The position numbers and the translations under genes are program-made. A model generated the notes under the pieces. That model was not told the DNA's origin. It worked only from the letters and a program-made list of their open reading frames with translations, and did not search any database. From Acidobacteriaceae bacterium (GTDB lineage Bacteria > Acidobacteriota > Terriglobia > Terriglobales > Acidobacteriaceae): a DNA stretch of 64,000 bases. Within the stretch, counting starts at the first letter, position 1. Each line of letters opens with the position of its first letter. The stretch lies in contig JANXZS010000071.1 of assembly GCA_025355385.1 (NCBI GenBank), forward strand, positions 4,620 to 68,619, written 5' to 3'. Of the stretch, positions 20,149-29,241 are shown one piece after another.

Positions 20149-23100
20149 TTAATGGAAGTCATGCGAACGCATCTCCAGCGCGCTATCAGAGAGTGTCATA
20201 ATCCGTGTCGCCTTTACATGGATCACTCCGTCCTGGTTTTGGAGTGGCCCCTCCACGAGTAGAAACCTGCCGCGTGTTACTGCCAATCGCTCCCGCTCAT
20301 ACAGCTGCGACGTAACGATAACATTGGCAATGCCGGTTTCATCTTCCATTGAGAGAAATATAAATCCCTTCGCCGTACCAGGGCGCTGACGCGCAATTAT
20401 GCAACCTGCTGTTCGAACATATTCTCCATCTCTGCAGGCCCGCAAATCCTCAGCAGACAGGACTCTTTGGCGTCGGAGTTCAGGACGGCGATAGTGCATC
20501 GGATGCTTCCCCACCGTGAGTCCAGTGCCGGCATAATCCGCGACCAGGCGCTCTTCTGTGGTCATTTGGTTAAGCGGCCGAGTCTCAGAATCATCCCGCA
20601 GCACCTCGCTGCTGTGTCTGAGCAGTGGTCCCTCCAGCTTGCCAGCACGTTCCACCTGCCAAAGCGCGTCGCGGCGATGTTCGATTTTATCGAGTTTGTT
20701 CAGAGCGCCGATGCGGGCCAGCAGCGTCAACTCTTTTCGGTTTAAGGATGGAACACGCAGAGCAAGATCTTCAGCCGAACAAAACAGACCATGCTGCACA
20801 CGAGATGCTACGAGCGCTTCCACTGACCTAGTTCGCAGGCCCTTCGCGTAGCCCAAACCCATGCGCAGAGCGAGCCCGCCATCGTCTTCATGTTCGATGG
20901 TGCAGGCCCAATCCGATTTCTGAATGTCTATGGGCTTGATGTGCAGGCCATGGCGTTGCGCATCTTTGACAAGTACGACGGGCATATAGAAGCCCATTGG
21001 CTGGTTGTTCAGAATTGCACACGTGAACGCGGCAAGATAACGCACTTTGAAGTAGGCAGAGGCATAAGCGATCAAGGCGAAGCTGGCCGCATGGGATTCC
21101 GGAAAGCCATACAGAGCAAATGAGCTGATGTTCTGAACGATGTTTTCCTGCGTTGCAAGGTCGAGTCCATTCGCCGTCATCCCTGCGCGAAGCTTTCCTT
21201 CAAGATTCTTCATACGCTCCCATGAGCGACGCATTCCGACAGCACGGCGCAACTCTTCCGCTTCGGCGCCGGAGAAGTTAGCGACTGTCATGGCGATCCG
21301 CAGCAGTTGCTCCTGGAATAGCGGTACGCCCAAAGTGCGTTTCAACACCGGCTCCAGGCTGGGATGCGGATACGTGACTGCTTCCTTCTTCTGGCGACGC
21401 CGCATGTAGGGGTGCATCATCTTGCCGACTATTGGGCCGGGCCGGATGATGGCTACCTGCACGACGATGTCATAAAAGATTTCAGGCTTGTTTCGAGGGA
21501 GCGACGCCATCTGCGCACGGCTTTCGACCTGGAACATGCCAACGGTATCAGCCCGTTGCAGAGCTCGATAGACCTCTGGGTCTTCTGGCAACTGCGCCAG
21601 ATCCACACGCTCACCATAATGCTGGGGAATCAGCTCCAGGCAATCCTTGATGACTGCCATCATGCCGAGACCGAGCAGGTCGACTTTGATAATTCCCAGG
21701 TCGGCACAATCTTCTTTATCCCATTGAATGACGGTTCGGCCCGGCATGGAGGCCCGCTCCAGCGGCACAACACAGTTCAACTGGTCCTGGCAGATCACCA
21801 TACCGCCCGAATGCTGGCCGAGATGGCGGGGCAAGTCCTTAATGCGCATACAGAGCTCAAGATACTTGGCGATGCGCGGATGTTTCAGATCAAAACCGGC
21901 ATGTTGAAATGAGTGTGCCATAGTGTCTGTCTTGCCCCGCCACTCCCACTGGCTGACAAGGTTCGATAGCCGGCTGAGGGATTCCTGATCGAAGCCAAGC
22001 GCTTTGCCCACTTCGCGCGCGGCAGATTTGCCGCGGTACGTGATGACGTTCGCGGTCATGGCCGCGCCAAGCTCACCGTAACGTTGATAGACGTACTGGA
22101 TGGCTTGTTCACGCTTCTCTTCGGAGGGCAGATCGAGGTCGATATCTGGCCATTCGCCCCGGCTCTCACTCAGGAAGCGCTCGAATAGCAACTCCATACC
22201 CACCGGATCGATTGCCGTGATTTCGAGTGCATAACAGACAGCAGAGTTAGCAGCGCTTCCACGCCCCTGCACGAGGATGCCGTTGCGTTTGCAGTATTGA
22301 ACAATGTCCCAAACTATGAGGAAATACCCAGCAAAACCAAGTCGGTCGATTAGAGCGAGTTCATGGTCTACTTGTTTCTTTGCCCGTTCAAGCAAGTCAC
22401 TATTATTTTTTGGTCCATACCGCAGCATGACGCCTTCTGCGACGCGCTTACGTAGAAAGCTGTCCATCGTTCCACCGTCAGCCACAGGATAGCGTGGGAA
22501 CTCATAACCAAGATCATCCAGCTCAAATTTGAGGCGAGACGAGAGTTCGACCGTGTTCTGCACGGCATAGGGAACGTCGCGGAATAATGTTGCCATCTCA
22601 CGTGCTGGGCGCACATGGCGCTGACTATTCAGTGCCAGGAGCCGGCCAGCATGGTCGAGTTCGGTGTGGTGGCGTATCGCTGTGAAGAGGTCCAGTACCT
22701 CGCGGTCGTAAGCACTCGCATAACGGATTCCATTGGTTGCTAGCACCGGCAACTTCAGATAACGAGCAATACGAATCGCGGCCTGGTTACGCCATTCCTC
22801 CTCACGCTCATGGTGGCGTTGCACCTCGACGTAAACATTGTCTCTGCCGAAGATTCTGACTAACAGGTCTACTGTTTCGCGGCCAGCTTCTTCGCCTCCA
22901 TTGACTAACGCGGCAGCCAAAGGGCCTTCGTCGCCCCCAGTCAGGCATACCAGACCGGATGCGTATTGTTGAAGATCGTCCACCGTGGCTGCGCCTTCGC
23001 ACTTGGTCTTCTCGCGCATCTTGAATTGTGTGATGAGCTGACAAAGGTTCTGATACCCGATACGGGATTCGCACAGCAGAGACAAGCGCGCGGATTCTAC

Positions 23101-23367
23101 AACGTGCTGGTGAGGCAGCCACGCGGGCGGTGTCAGGCGCGGTCCGAAACTCGACACAGCGATCTCCGATCCGATGTGCGCTTGAATGCTGTTTCTTTTG
23201 GCGCTGGTATGAAAGCGAGCTGAACCATAGACACCATTGCGGTCAAGCAGCGCCATCGCCGACATCTCAAGTTCAACGGCACGCTTGATTAGCTCTTCCG
23301 GCTGGGATGCGCCTTCAAGGAAGCTAAAGGCGCTCGCCGCATGTAGCTCCACATAGTGCTCAGTCAT
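20149..23367 (-). CDS. dnaE2: error-prone DNA polymerase III alpha-like subunit
   Basis: PHP N-terminus YVELHAASAFSFLEGAS. 1072 aa. Sits downstream of imuA-imuB with an 8-nt overlap. Confidence 0.9.
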   Translation of the reverse strand: MTEHYVELHAASAFSFLEGASQPEELIKRAVELEMSAMALLDRNGVYGSARFHTSAKRNSIQAHIGSEIAVSSFGPRLTPPAWLPHQHVVESARLSLLCESRIGYQNLCQLITQFKMREKTKCEGAATVDDLQQYASGLVCLTGGDEGPLAAALVNGGEEAGRETVDLLVRIFGRDNVYVEVQRHHEREEEWRNQAAIRIARYLKLPVLATNGIRYASAYDREVLDLFTAIRHHTELDHAGRLLALNSQRHVRPAREMATLFRDVPYAVQNTVELSSRLKFELDDLGYEFPRYPVADGGTMDSFLRKRVAEGVMLRYGPKNNSDLLERAKKQVDHELALIDRLGFAGYFLIVWDIVQYCKRNGILVQGRGSAANSAVCYALEITAIDPVGMELLFERFLSESRGEWPDIDLDLPSEEKREQAIQYVYQRYGELGAAMTANVITYRGKSAAREVGKALGFDQESLSRLSNLVSQWEWRGKTDTMAHSFQHAGFDLKHPRIAKYLELCMRIKDLPRHLGQHSGGMVICQDQLNCVVPLERASMPGRTVIQWDKEDCADLGIIKVDLLGLGMMAVIKDCLELIPQHYGERVDLAQLPEDPEVYRALQRADTVGMFQVESRAQMASLPRNKPEIFYDIVVQVAIIRPGPIVGKMMHPYMRRRQKKEAVTYPHPSLEPVLKRTLGVPLFQEQLLRIAMTVANFSGAEAEELRRAVGMRRSWERMKNLEGKLRAGMTANGLDLATQENIVQNISSFALYGFPESHAASFALIAYASAYFKVRYLAAFTCAILNNQPMGFYMPVVLVKDAQRHGLHIKPIDIQKSDWACTIEHEDDGGLALRMGLGYAKGLRTRSVEALVASRVQHGLFCSAEDLALRVPSLNRKELTLLARIGALNKLDKIEHRRDALWQVERAGKLEGPLLRHSSEVLRDDSETRPLNQMTTEERLVADYAGTGLTVGKHPMHYRRPELRRQRVLSAEDLRACRDGEYVRTAGCIIARQRPGTAKGFIFLSMEDETGIANVIVTSQLYERERLAVTRGRFLLVEGPLQNQDGVIHVKATRIMTLSDSALEMRSHDFH

Positions 23368-24889
23368 AGAGCGCCACCATCTGCCAGCAGCCCCCTGTCA
23401 GGTCACGAACCAGACAACAGCACAGTAGGAGGCCATCGTGCGAACGAGCAACCAGATCCCATTGTTCGAAGCTCCATAGTGTCGGGCTCCACCAGTCGCC
23501 GCTCGCCAGCCATGGACCATAGGCATGTTCGACGGCATACCTTTTCTCACGAAATGAAAATGCCTCTGGCCGCTTGGCCTGTAATGTGACTGCTACATTC
23601 TCTGCCGGGCGGATCTGACGCGTTGCAGCACGATGCTGATTTGAATTCAATTCAGATTCTGGCCCTGAAGGAACGGTAAATGGCTCCATGCGGAAGCCGT
23701 CCGTCTGATGCGAATCCTTGAGCAATGCGCGACCTACGCAGTCATCACCGACGATTGCGCGAATGTGCGCCAGCGTTACATCGAGCCGCATCGGTTCGGG
23801 AAGTTGTGGTGAGAACAAGCCGAGCTGAATTTTGCTGGTGCTGCCCGGCTCTGCCGTAAGAGCCAGCGATACGATTGCGGCCTGCGGCGGATGTGCTTCC
23901 AGATCGAGGTGAAGCAGCTTGATCCAGAGCTGCAAATCATTCGTGGGGAGTGCTGGTCTTACCAAGCGTATATGCGATGCTCCACCTTCCAACTGCAAAG
24001 TAATGGTGACGGATGAGAGTGCCAGCACACGCGCGGTCGCACGTACGATGAGTTGTTTTAGCATGACACCTATAACAAAGAGCAGCGACTCTAGCAGCTC
24101 TACGGGCGTGTCTAGTTCCATGTGCTCTTCTAGCCTGAACGTAGGCTCCCCGGGCAGGAAATGATGCGGATGCTCTCCGCGCGCCAACTGGCGAAGTCGG
24201 TTGCCCTCTTGTCCCATCCGCGCAATCAATTCTTTCTCGGGCAGAGCCGCGAGCATCCCCAAGGTACGGATCCCCCACAGAGAAAATGTCTCAGCCTGCG
24301 CTACAGAAAGATCAAGAACTGCGAGAGGCAGTAAGGACAATGTGGCTCGCTCTTGTCCAGGAGCGATAATGGCCACTTGGTTCCGTGATGACGCGCCACG
24401 CGCGAGACAGATGGCAGCATGGAAGTTGCTGCTTACGGCAACTGAGGCAGCAACACCAAGTGTTCTGACTTGCTCCTGCAGATTCTTTGCCAATGTTGAA
24501 GGAGGGCCGAATAGCGTCTCCACCCCAGCAATATCGATCACGCACAGAAAGGCATTGTCATTGCTCCGATCTTCTACGCGAGGAGAAAATGTACCTGCGC
24601 ATTCAAGAAGTGTCTTTCTTGCGCATGCGTCCTCCACGCTTGAATGCTGTAACACTGCTACCGAGGGGATTGTGTCTATCTCAACTCGCGTCATTCCATG
24701 AGCGACGCCTAAGGCCCGCGCCTTCGAGTTGAGTGAGCACACTTGCTGCAACGGTGGCTCACCTTCCATCACTGCGCATGGCTTGTGGCGCAACTCTGGC
24801 CGCAGGCGAAGGAGTGCTTGCGCCGGAAACTCCTTTGCATAGAGGCACGCATACAACTCCACTGGCTTCGTCACCGGCGGCCTACCCAT
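23360..24889 (-). CDS. imuB: Y-family polymerase-like protein ImuB
   Basis: N-terminus LYACLYAKEFPAQALLRLRPEL. Sits between imuA and dnaE2. 509 aa. Confidence 0.8.
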   Translation of the reverse strand: MGRPPVTKPVELYACLYAKEFPAQALLRLRPELRHKPCAVMEGEPPLQQVCSLNSKARALGVAHGMTRVEIDTIPSVAVLQHSSVEDACARKTLLECAGTFSPRVEDRSNDNAFLCVIDIAGVETLFGPPSTLAKNLQEQVRTLGVAASVAVSSNFHAAICLARGASSRNQVAIIAPGQERATLSLLPLAVLDLSVAQAETFSLWGIRTLGMLAALPEKELIARMGQEGNRLRQLARGEHPHHFLPGEPTFRLEEHMELDTPVELLESLLFVIGVMLKQLIVRATARVLALSSVTITLQLEGGASHIRLVRPALPTNDLQLWIKLLHLDLEAHPPQAAIVSLALTAEPGSTSKIQLGLFSPQLPEPMRLDVTLAHIRAIVGDDCVGRALLKDSHQTDGFRMEPFTVPSGPESELNSNQHRAATRQIRPAENVAVTLQAKRPEAFSFREKRYAVEHAYGPWLASGDWWSPTLWSFEQWDLVARSHDGLLLCCCLVRDLTGGCWQMVALYD

Positions 24890-25911
24890 GTGGCTCGACT
24901 ATGCCACTTGGCACTTCTCTCGCTTTGAGGCGGCTTCCGCAATGGAACAACATTTGTAGGATCCACTGTGAATCGTTCCCGCTCTACGTCCACGCGATAT
25001 TCCATACCGGTAAACACGGTAGGTTCTTCCTGCAGCGCATGCCTGGATTGCAGACGTAGTACCAGCCCCGCGCTACTCTTCGCGCAGGCATGTTGCGTGA
25101 GCAGGACGATGCTCGCCTGACTTCGTTCCGCAGCGGCTCGGTAGCGGAACCATGTCGCCAGCGGCACGCGCGATACGTATTCAGGTGGGATGCTGCCCAT
25201 GTCCAGCACAATTGCACTGAAGCCGCCGCCCTGCAGAAGCAGATCTGTTACTCGCAATGCCTGGTCGATCCTCAACCACGGTTTGCTTGAAGCAACGGGC
25301 TTTCTGCCATTAGTTACTGTCTGCGGCAGATCAGGTTCAAAGATTTCGCTTGCATGCCTCACCTTACGTTGCGGCTCCGCACATCGCGGCTCGGTCACCT
25401 CTGGTCTCAGGAAGTCCCCGACCGCGTCTGAAAGTCCTTTCACTTCGCTGCGTGGATGAGGGCCGAAGCCTCCGCCATGGAGACCTTTTTTGATTGGTGG
25501 CGGGATAAGGTATTTCTCGGGAAGAGCGAAGCCGTCTTTGGAGGATTGCTGCATGCTGGTTGTAACCGGAACCCCACAGCGCACCCATAGGAGACGACTT
25601 AAATCCACGCCTGCTGCCGCTGCGGATTCAGGATGCATGGTATTCGAGACATCTACCCAGGCGCAGACCCTGGCTGCTTGGGTCATGCGAGCAATGTAGG
25701 AAAGAGCGAAGGAAGTGCGTCCAGAACACTCCGGGCCAACCATCTCGGTGATGGCTCCTAACGGCACGCCGCCTTTCAATAGTTCATCGACATTCCGTAT
25801 GCCCGTAGCCGCAACCGGTCTGATGCTCCGTGGCAGTGGAGTCAGCGCAGACGGAATCCTTGCTGCTAATAATGCTTCGATTTGAGTACGTAAGAGGGAG
25901 GCGCTCGACAT
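24871..25911 (-). CDS. imuA: RecA/SulA-fold ImuA-like protein (unusually long, 346 aa)
   Basis: GGVPLGAITEMVGPECSGRTSFALSY (P-loop-like) and GGGFSAIVLDMG. First gene of the cassette. Confidence 0.7.
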   Translation of the reverse strand: MSSASLLRTQIEALLAARIPSALTPLPRSIRPVAATGIRNVDELLKGGVPLGAITEMVGPECSGRTSFALSYIARMTQAARVCAWVDVSNTMHPESAAAAGVDLSRLLWVRCGVPVTTSMQQSSKDGFALPEKYLIPPPIKKGLHGGGFGPHPRSEVKGLSDAVGDFLRPEVTEPRCAEPQRKVRHASEIFEPDLPQTVTNGRKPVASSKPWLRIDQALRVTDLLLQGGGFSAIVLDMGSIPPEYVSRVPLATWFRYRAAAERSQASIVLLTQHACAKSSAGLVLRLQSRHALQEEPTVFTGMEYRVDVERERFTVDPTNVVPLRKPPQSERSAKWHSRATWVGRR

Positions 25912-25967
25912 AGCAAAGTCTTCGCCTTATGTTCGCCATACCCCATCACGACTGTCAACCGTACACC

Positions 25968-25983
25968 GCACTACTTATAGTGC
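25968..25983 (-). promoter_or_regulatory. candidate operator palindrome GCACTA-N4-TAGTGC overlapping a predicted imuA -10 (TATAAG, 25974-25979)
   Basis: Read directly. 57 nt upstream of the imuA ATG. A related GCACTAC word at 26004-26010 overlaps a putative -35 (TTGTAG, 25998-26003; 18-nt spacer). Confidence 0.3.
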
Positions 25984-26167
25984 TATGCATTTACTAACTA
26001 CAAGCACTACAGTTACTTAAAATATTATGGCCCGTCACTCTACCCGCTCAGCTAAGCCGCCTCCCATTTACGCATTAATAGCTAGCCAAAGCCTCCTGAG
26101 ATTATTCAACCCGCATTACAATGTGATACAGCGAAGAGTGGATGACTAAGAAGTTACCTATTTTATT

Positions 26168-26194
26168 TACTTTAGTGTATGGTACTTTAGTGTA
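26168..26194 (+). repeat. tandem direct repeat TACTTTAGTGTA x2 (period 15 nt)
   Basis: Exact 12-mers at 26168-26179 and 26183-26194. Related to TACTTATAGTG inside the 25968 palindrome. Confidence 0.8.
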
Positions 26195-26253
26195 ATTGCG
26201 GTGTTACCGGTATACACTTAAAACAGTTACAGAAACAACGCAGATCTGGGGAA

Positions 26254-26302
26254 GGGCTTCTCGGGCAGCGGTAATCCGCTACCTGGCAAGCCCCCTTTTT
26301 TT
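26254..26302 (+). terminator. Rho-independent terminator, plus-strand orientation, with no annotated upstream plus-strand gene
   Basis: The stem pairs 26254-26271 with 26276-26293: GGGCTT/AAGCCC (6 bp), a middle segment with G-U pairs and two mismatches, then AGCGG/CCGCT (5 bp) around a TAAT loop. It is followed by CC and T7 (26296-26302). Confidence 0.7.
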
Positions 26303-26462
26303 GCTCGCTTTCATCTCTCACCCGCATCAACCTCTGAAGACAATCCTGCATCTTATTGAATGCGTGCAATAATTGCGCGCAAGCCTTTGCGTCTATAAAT
26401 AATTGGGTTAAAGGTGGCTGAATATTATCAGCACACATCAGCTTGTTTGGAGAAAGAAAGAA

Positions 26463-27152
26463 ATGAAAAAAATTATAGCGTTACTGTGTCTCGCGGGCAT
26501 GATGCCCTTGTCAGCCCACGCCGCCAGCGACAAAGCCACGATTGACCAGCGCTTGATCAATGCCAAAGCGGTCATGGACCAGGTGATGATGGCGAAAGAT
26601 AAGTCAATTCCTCTGAATATCCTGGAAATGGCTACGTGCGTAGGTGTCATTCCCGGCCTCAAGAAAGCCGCCTTCGTGGTTGGCGGTGAGTATGGACGGG
26701 GTGTGGTTACCTGCCGCACCGGTCATGGCTGGAGTGCTCCCGCATTTATTACCTTGGCGGGAGGTTCGTTTGGCTTTCAGCTTGGAGGGCAGTCGACAGA
26801 TTTAGTTCTGGTAGCTGTCAACGATAAAGGTTTCCAGGATTTGCTGAAGAGCAAATTCAAGATTGGCGGGGATGCTGCCGCTTCTGCAGGTCCTGTAGGT
26901 CGCAATTCGCAGGCAGCCACGGACTGGAAGATGAGTTCGGAGTTGCTCACCTATTCGCGCAGCAAGGGACTGTTTGCGGGTATCGATCTTAACGGTGCCG
27001 CAGTCAGCCAAAGCAACGATGACACCATTGCGTACTACGGTAAGGGTCACGCCGTCGAATCGATTCTCAAGGGAGATGTCGCAGTCCCGGATAATGCCAA
27101 GCCGTTCGTTCGCACCGTAGCGAAATACTTCATAGAGGCGCAAAAGAAGTAA
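26463..27152 (+). CDS. SYLF (Ysc84/DUF500) lipid-binding domain protein, secreted
   Basis: Signal peptide MKKIIALLCLAGMMPLSAHA. GVIPGLKKAAFVVGGEYGRGVV...GGSFGFQLGG pattern. GGAG RBS upstream. Confidence 0.8.
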   Translation: MKKIIALLCLAGMMPLSAHAASDKATIDQRLINAKAVMDQVMMAKDKSIPLNILEMATCVGVIPGLKKAAFVVGGEYGRGVVTCRTGHGWSAPAFITLAGGSFGFQLGGQSTDLVLVAVNDKGFQDLLKSKFKIGGDAAASAGPVGRNSQAATDWKMSSELLTYSRSKGLFAGIDLNGAAVSQSNDDTIAYYGKGHAVESILKGDVAVPDNAKPFVRTVAKYFIEAQKK

Positions 27153-27170
27153 CTCTTTCCCGAGAAATCA

Positions 27171-27208
27171 GGGGCAGAGACCACACGGTCTCTGCCCTTT
27201 TCTTTTTT
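27171..27208 (+). terminator. Rho-independent terminator of the SYLF gene
   Basis: GGGCAGAGACC-ACAC-GGTCTCTGCCC (11-bp stem) followed by TTTTCTTTTTT. Confidence 0.9.
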
Positions 27209-27277
27209 GGCCCCCTTGGCTGGTCACTGTTCGCCCCGTCGCGTTTACCCCTTCGAACATTTACACTGATCGCAATC

Positions 27278-28189
27278 TTGTGGATACGTGAAAAATTGGA
27301 ACTGGCGGCTGTTTGGACCCTTGTCCAATTGCTCGGCTGGCCCCCGCGCAGGTTGGCCAGGCCCATTGGCGCATGGATCGGAGCCATCGCGTTTCGCGTC
27401 CTCGGGCGCTTGCGGAGCGTTGGACGCCAGAATCTACGCATTGCCTTTCCTGCAATGACCGGGCAGCAGCAGGACGAAGTTTTGCAGCGGCTGTATCGAA
27501 ATCTCGGGTGGCTGCTCGCCGAGTTCTGCCAAATGCCCCATTACACGCGCAGAAACACCGGCAACTTTATTCGATATGAAGGGCTGGAGAATTACCTGGC
27601 GGCACTCGAGGCGGGCAAGGGCGTGCTGGTTCTGACCGGGCATCTGGGCGCTTGGGAGCTCTCCAGTTTCTACCACTCGCTGATGGGGCATCCCATGAGC
27701 ATGGTCATCCGCCGCCTCGACAATACCGGTGTGGATCGGTTGGTGAATCGGATTCGATGCCTGCACGGCAATCACGTATTGCACAAGGATGATTTCGCGC
27801 GCGGGTTGCTGGCCGCGATGCGGCGCGGTGAGACGGTCGGCATTCTGATGGATACCAACATGACTCCGCCACAGGGAGTCTTCGTCGACTTCTTTGACCG
27901 GGCCGCGTGCACTGCCTCCGGGATGGCCCGCGTGGCTCTGAAGACGGGGGCTGCCGTGCTTCCCGGCTTCCTGATGTGGGAAGAGGCTGAGCAGAAATAT
28001 GTATTGCACTTTGAGAAGAAGCTGGAGTTGCTGACCACGGGTGACGATGAGGCAGATATCATCGCACATACGGCCCTCTTTGCCCGGGTCACCGAGGAGT
28101 ACATTCGACGCTATCCCGATCAGTGGCTCTGGGTGCATCGCCGCTGGAAGACCCGGCCCGTAGGCGAGCCGCCCATCTACACATCCTGA
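27278..28189 (+). CDS. lipid A biosynthesis late acyltransferase (LpxL/HtrB family)
   Basis: LTGHLGAWE (HX4E acyltransferase motif). About 300 aa. C-terminal [16 protein letters not shown] start. Confidence 0.75.
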   Translation: MWIREKLELAAVWTLVQLLGWPPRRLARPIGAWIGAIAFRVLGRLRSVGRQNLRIAFPAMTGQQQDEVLQRLYRNLGWLLAEFCQMPHYTRRNTGNFIRYEGLENYLAALEAGKGVLVLTGHLGAWELSSFYHSLMGHPMSMVIRRLDNTGVDRLVNRIRCLHGNHVLHKDDFARGLLAAMRRGETVGILMDTNMTPPQGVFVDFFDRAACTASGMARVALKTGAAVLPGFLMWEEAEQKYVLHFEKKLELLTTGDDEADIIAHTALFARVTEEYIRRYPDQWLWVHRRWKTRPVGEPPIYTS

Positions 28190-28227
28190 GCTTTACATCT
28201 GAACTAGCATGCACGACCGGAATCCTT

Positions 28228-29229
28228 ATGAAGCCTCTCTCTGAACTCGCAGTCCTGCTCGGTCTGGAGCTACGCAATGGCGGTGAAGATCCGCTGATCT
28301 GCTCGGTTGCGACCAGCAAAACAGCGAGGCCCGACGCGCTTGTATTCGCAGAGGACGAGCAGGCCCTCAGGACTGCCTTGTTGTCCGGCGCGGCCGCCGT
28401 GGTGACAACGCCCGGGCTGGCCACACTGCTTGCGGGTGAGAAACCGGCGTTGATCGCCAATCAACCCCGACTGCAATTCGCCCGTGCCGCTCAGTTGCTG
28501 CGCGGTGATCGAAGCTCCGCTGGTATTCATGCTTCCGCTGTAGTTGCGGCCAACGCAATGCTCGGCGCTGAGGTCAGCATCGCTGCAGGTACTGTCATCG
28601 GGGAGAATGTGACGATCGGTAGCCACAGCAACATTGGAGCCGGTGCGGTGATCGGCGAAGGCGTGGCAATTGGCAGCGGCTGCAGAATCTATCCGAGAAC
28701 CGTGATTTATCCCGGTACAACTCTGGGGGATCGTGTTGTGGTGCATGCGGGAGCAGTGCTGGGGGCCGACGGATTTGGCTATGTACGCGACGCCGAAACC
28801 GGCAAGTACCTGCTGTTTCCGCAACAGGGAACGCTGGTGCTTGAAGACGATGTGGAAATAGGCGCCAATACCACCATTGACCGGGGCGCGTTAGAAGAGA
28901 CGCGCATCGGGCACGGCACCAAGATCGACAATCTGGTTCACATAGGACACAACTGCCAGATCGGCTCGAACGTTGTGATAGCGTCGCTCACTGGTATTTC
29001 GGGCTCCTGCAACGTCGGCGATGGAGCGATGCTGGGCGGCCAGGTTGGTATGGGCGACCACTCCAGCGTGGGCGACGGCGTCATCCTCGGGGGTCAGGCA
29101 GGCGTTCTGCCGCACAAGAATCTGGTTGGCCCTGGCATGCTGTTCTGGGGAACCCCCGCCAAACCCGTGAAGCAATATCTGCGCGAACTGGCTACTCTCG
29201 GGCGGCTGACGCGGAAGGCCAAGGTTTAG
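28228..29229 (+). CDS. lpxD: UDP-3-O-acylglucosamine N-acyltransferase
   Basis: Left-handed beta-helix hexapeptide repeats ([31 protein letters not shown]...). Trimmed to ATG 28228 ([12 protein letters not shown]). Confidence 0.9.
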   Translation: MKPLSELAVLLGLELRNGGEDPLICSVATSKTARPDALVFAEDEQALRTALLSGAAAVVTTPGLATLLAGEKPALIANQPRLQFARAAQLLRGDRSSAGIHASAVVAANAMLGAEVSIAAGTVIGENVTIGSHSNIGAGAVIGEGVAIGSGCRIYPRTVIYPGTTLGDRVVVHAGAVLGADGFGYVRDAETGKYLLFPQQGTLVLEDDVEIGANTTIDRGALEETRIGHGTKIDNLVHIGHNCQIGSNVVIASLTGISGSCNVGDGAMLGGQVGMGDHSSVGDGVILGGQAGVLPHKNLVGPGMLFWGTPAKPVKQYLRELATLGRLTRKAKV

Positions 29230-29241
29230 AGGACCAGCGCG

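Noticed and set aside
26187-26438. 83-aa Cys-rich minus-strand ORF in the imuA/SYLF gap.
   Set aside because: It reads antisense straight through the plus-strand terminator hairpin and its A/T tract. It has no RBS and no recognisable family, and its composition reflects the AT-rich non-coding DNA. I kept it only as a remote alternative to the small-transcript hypothesis.
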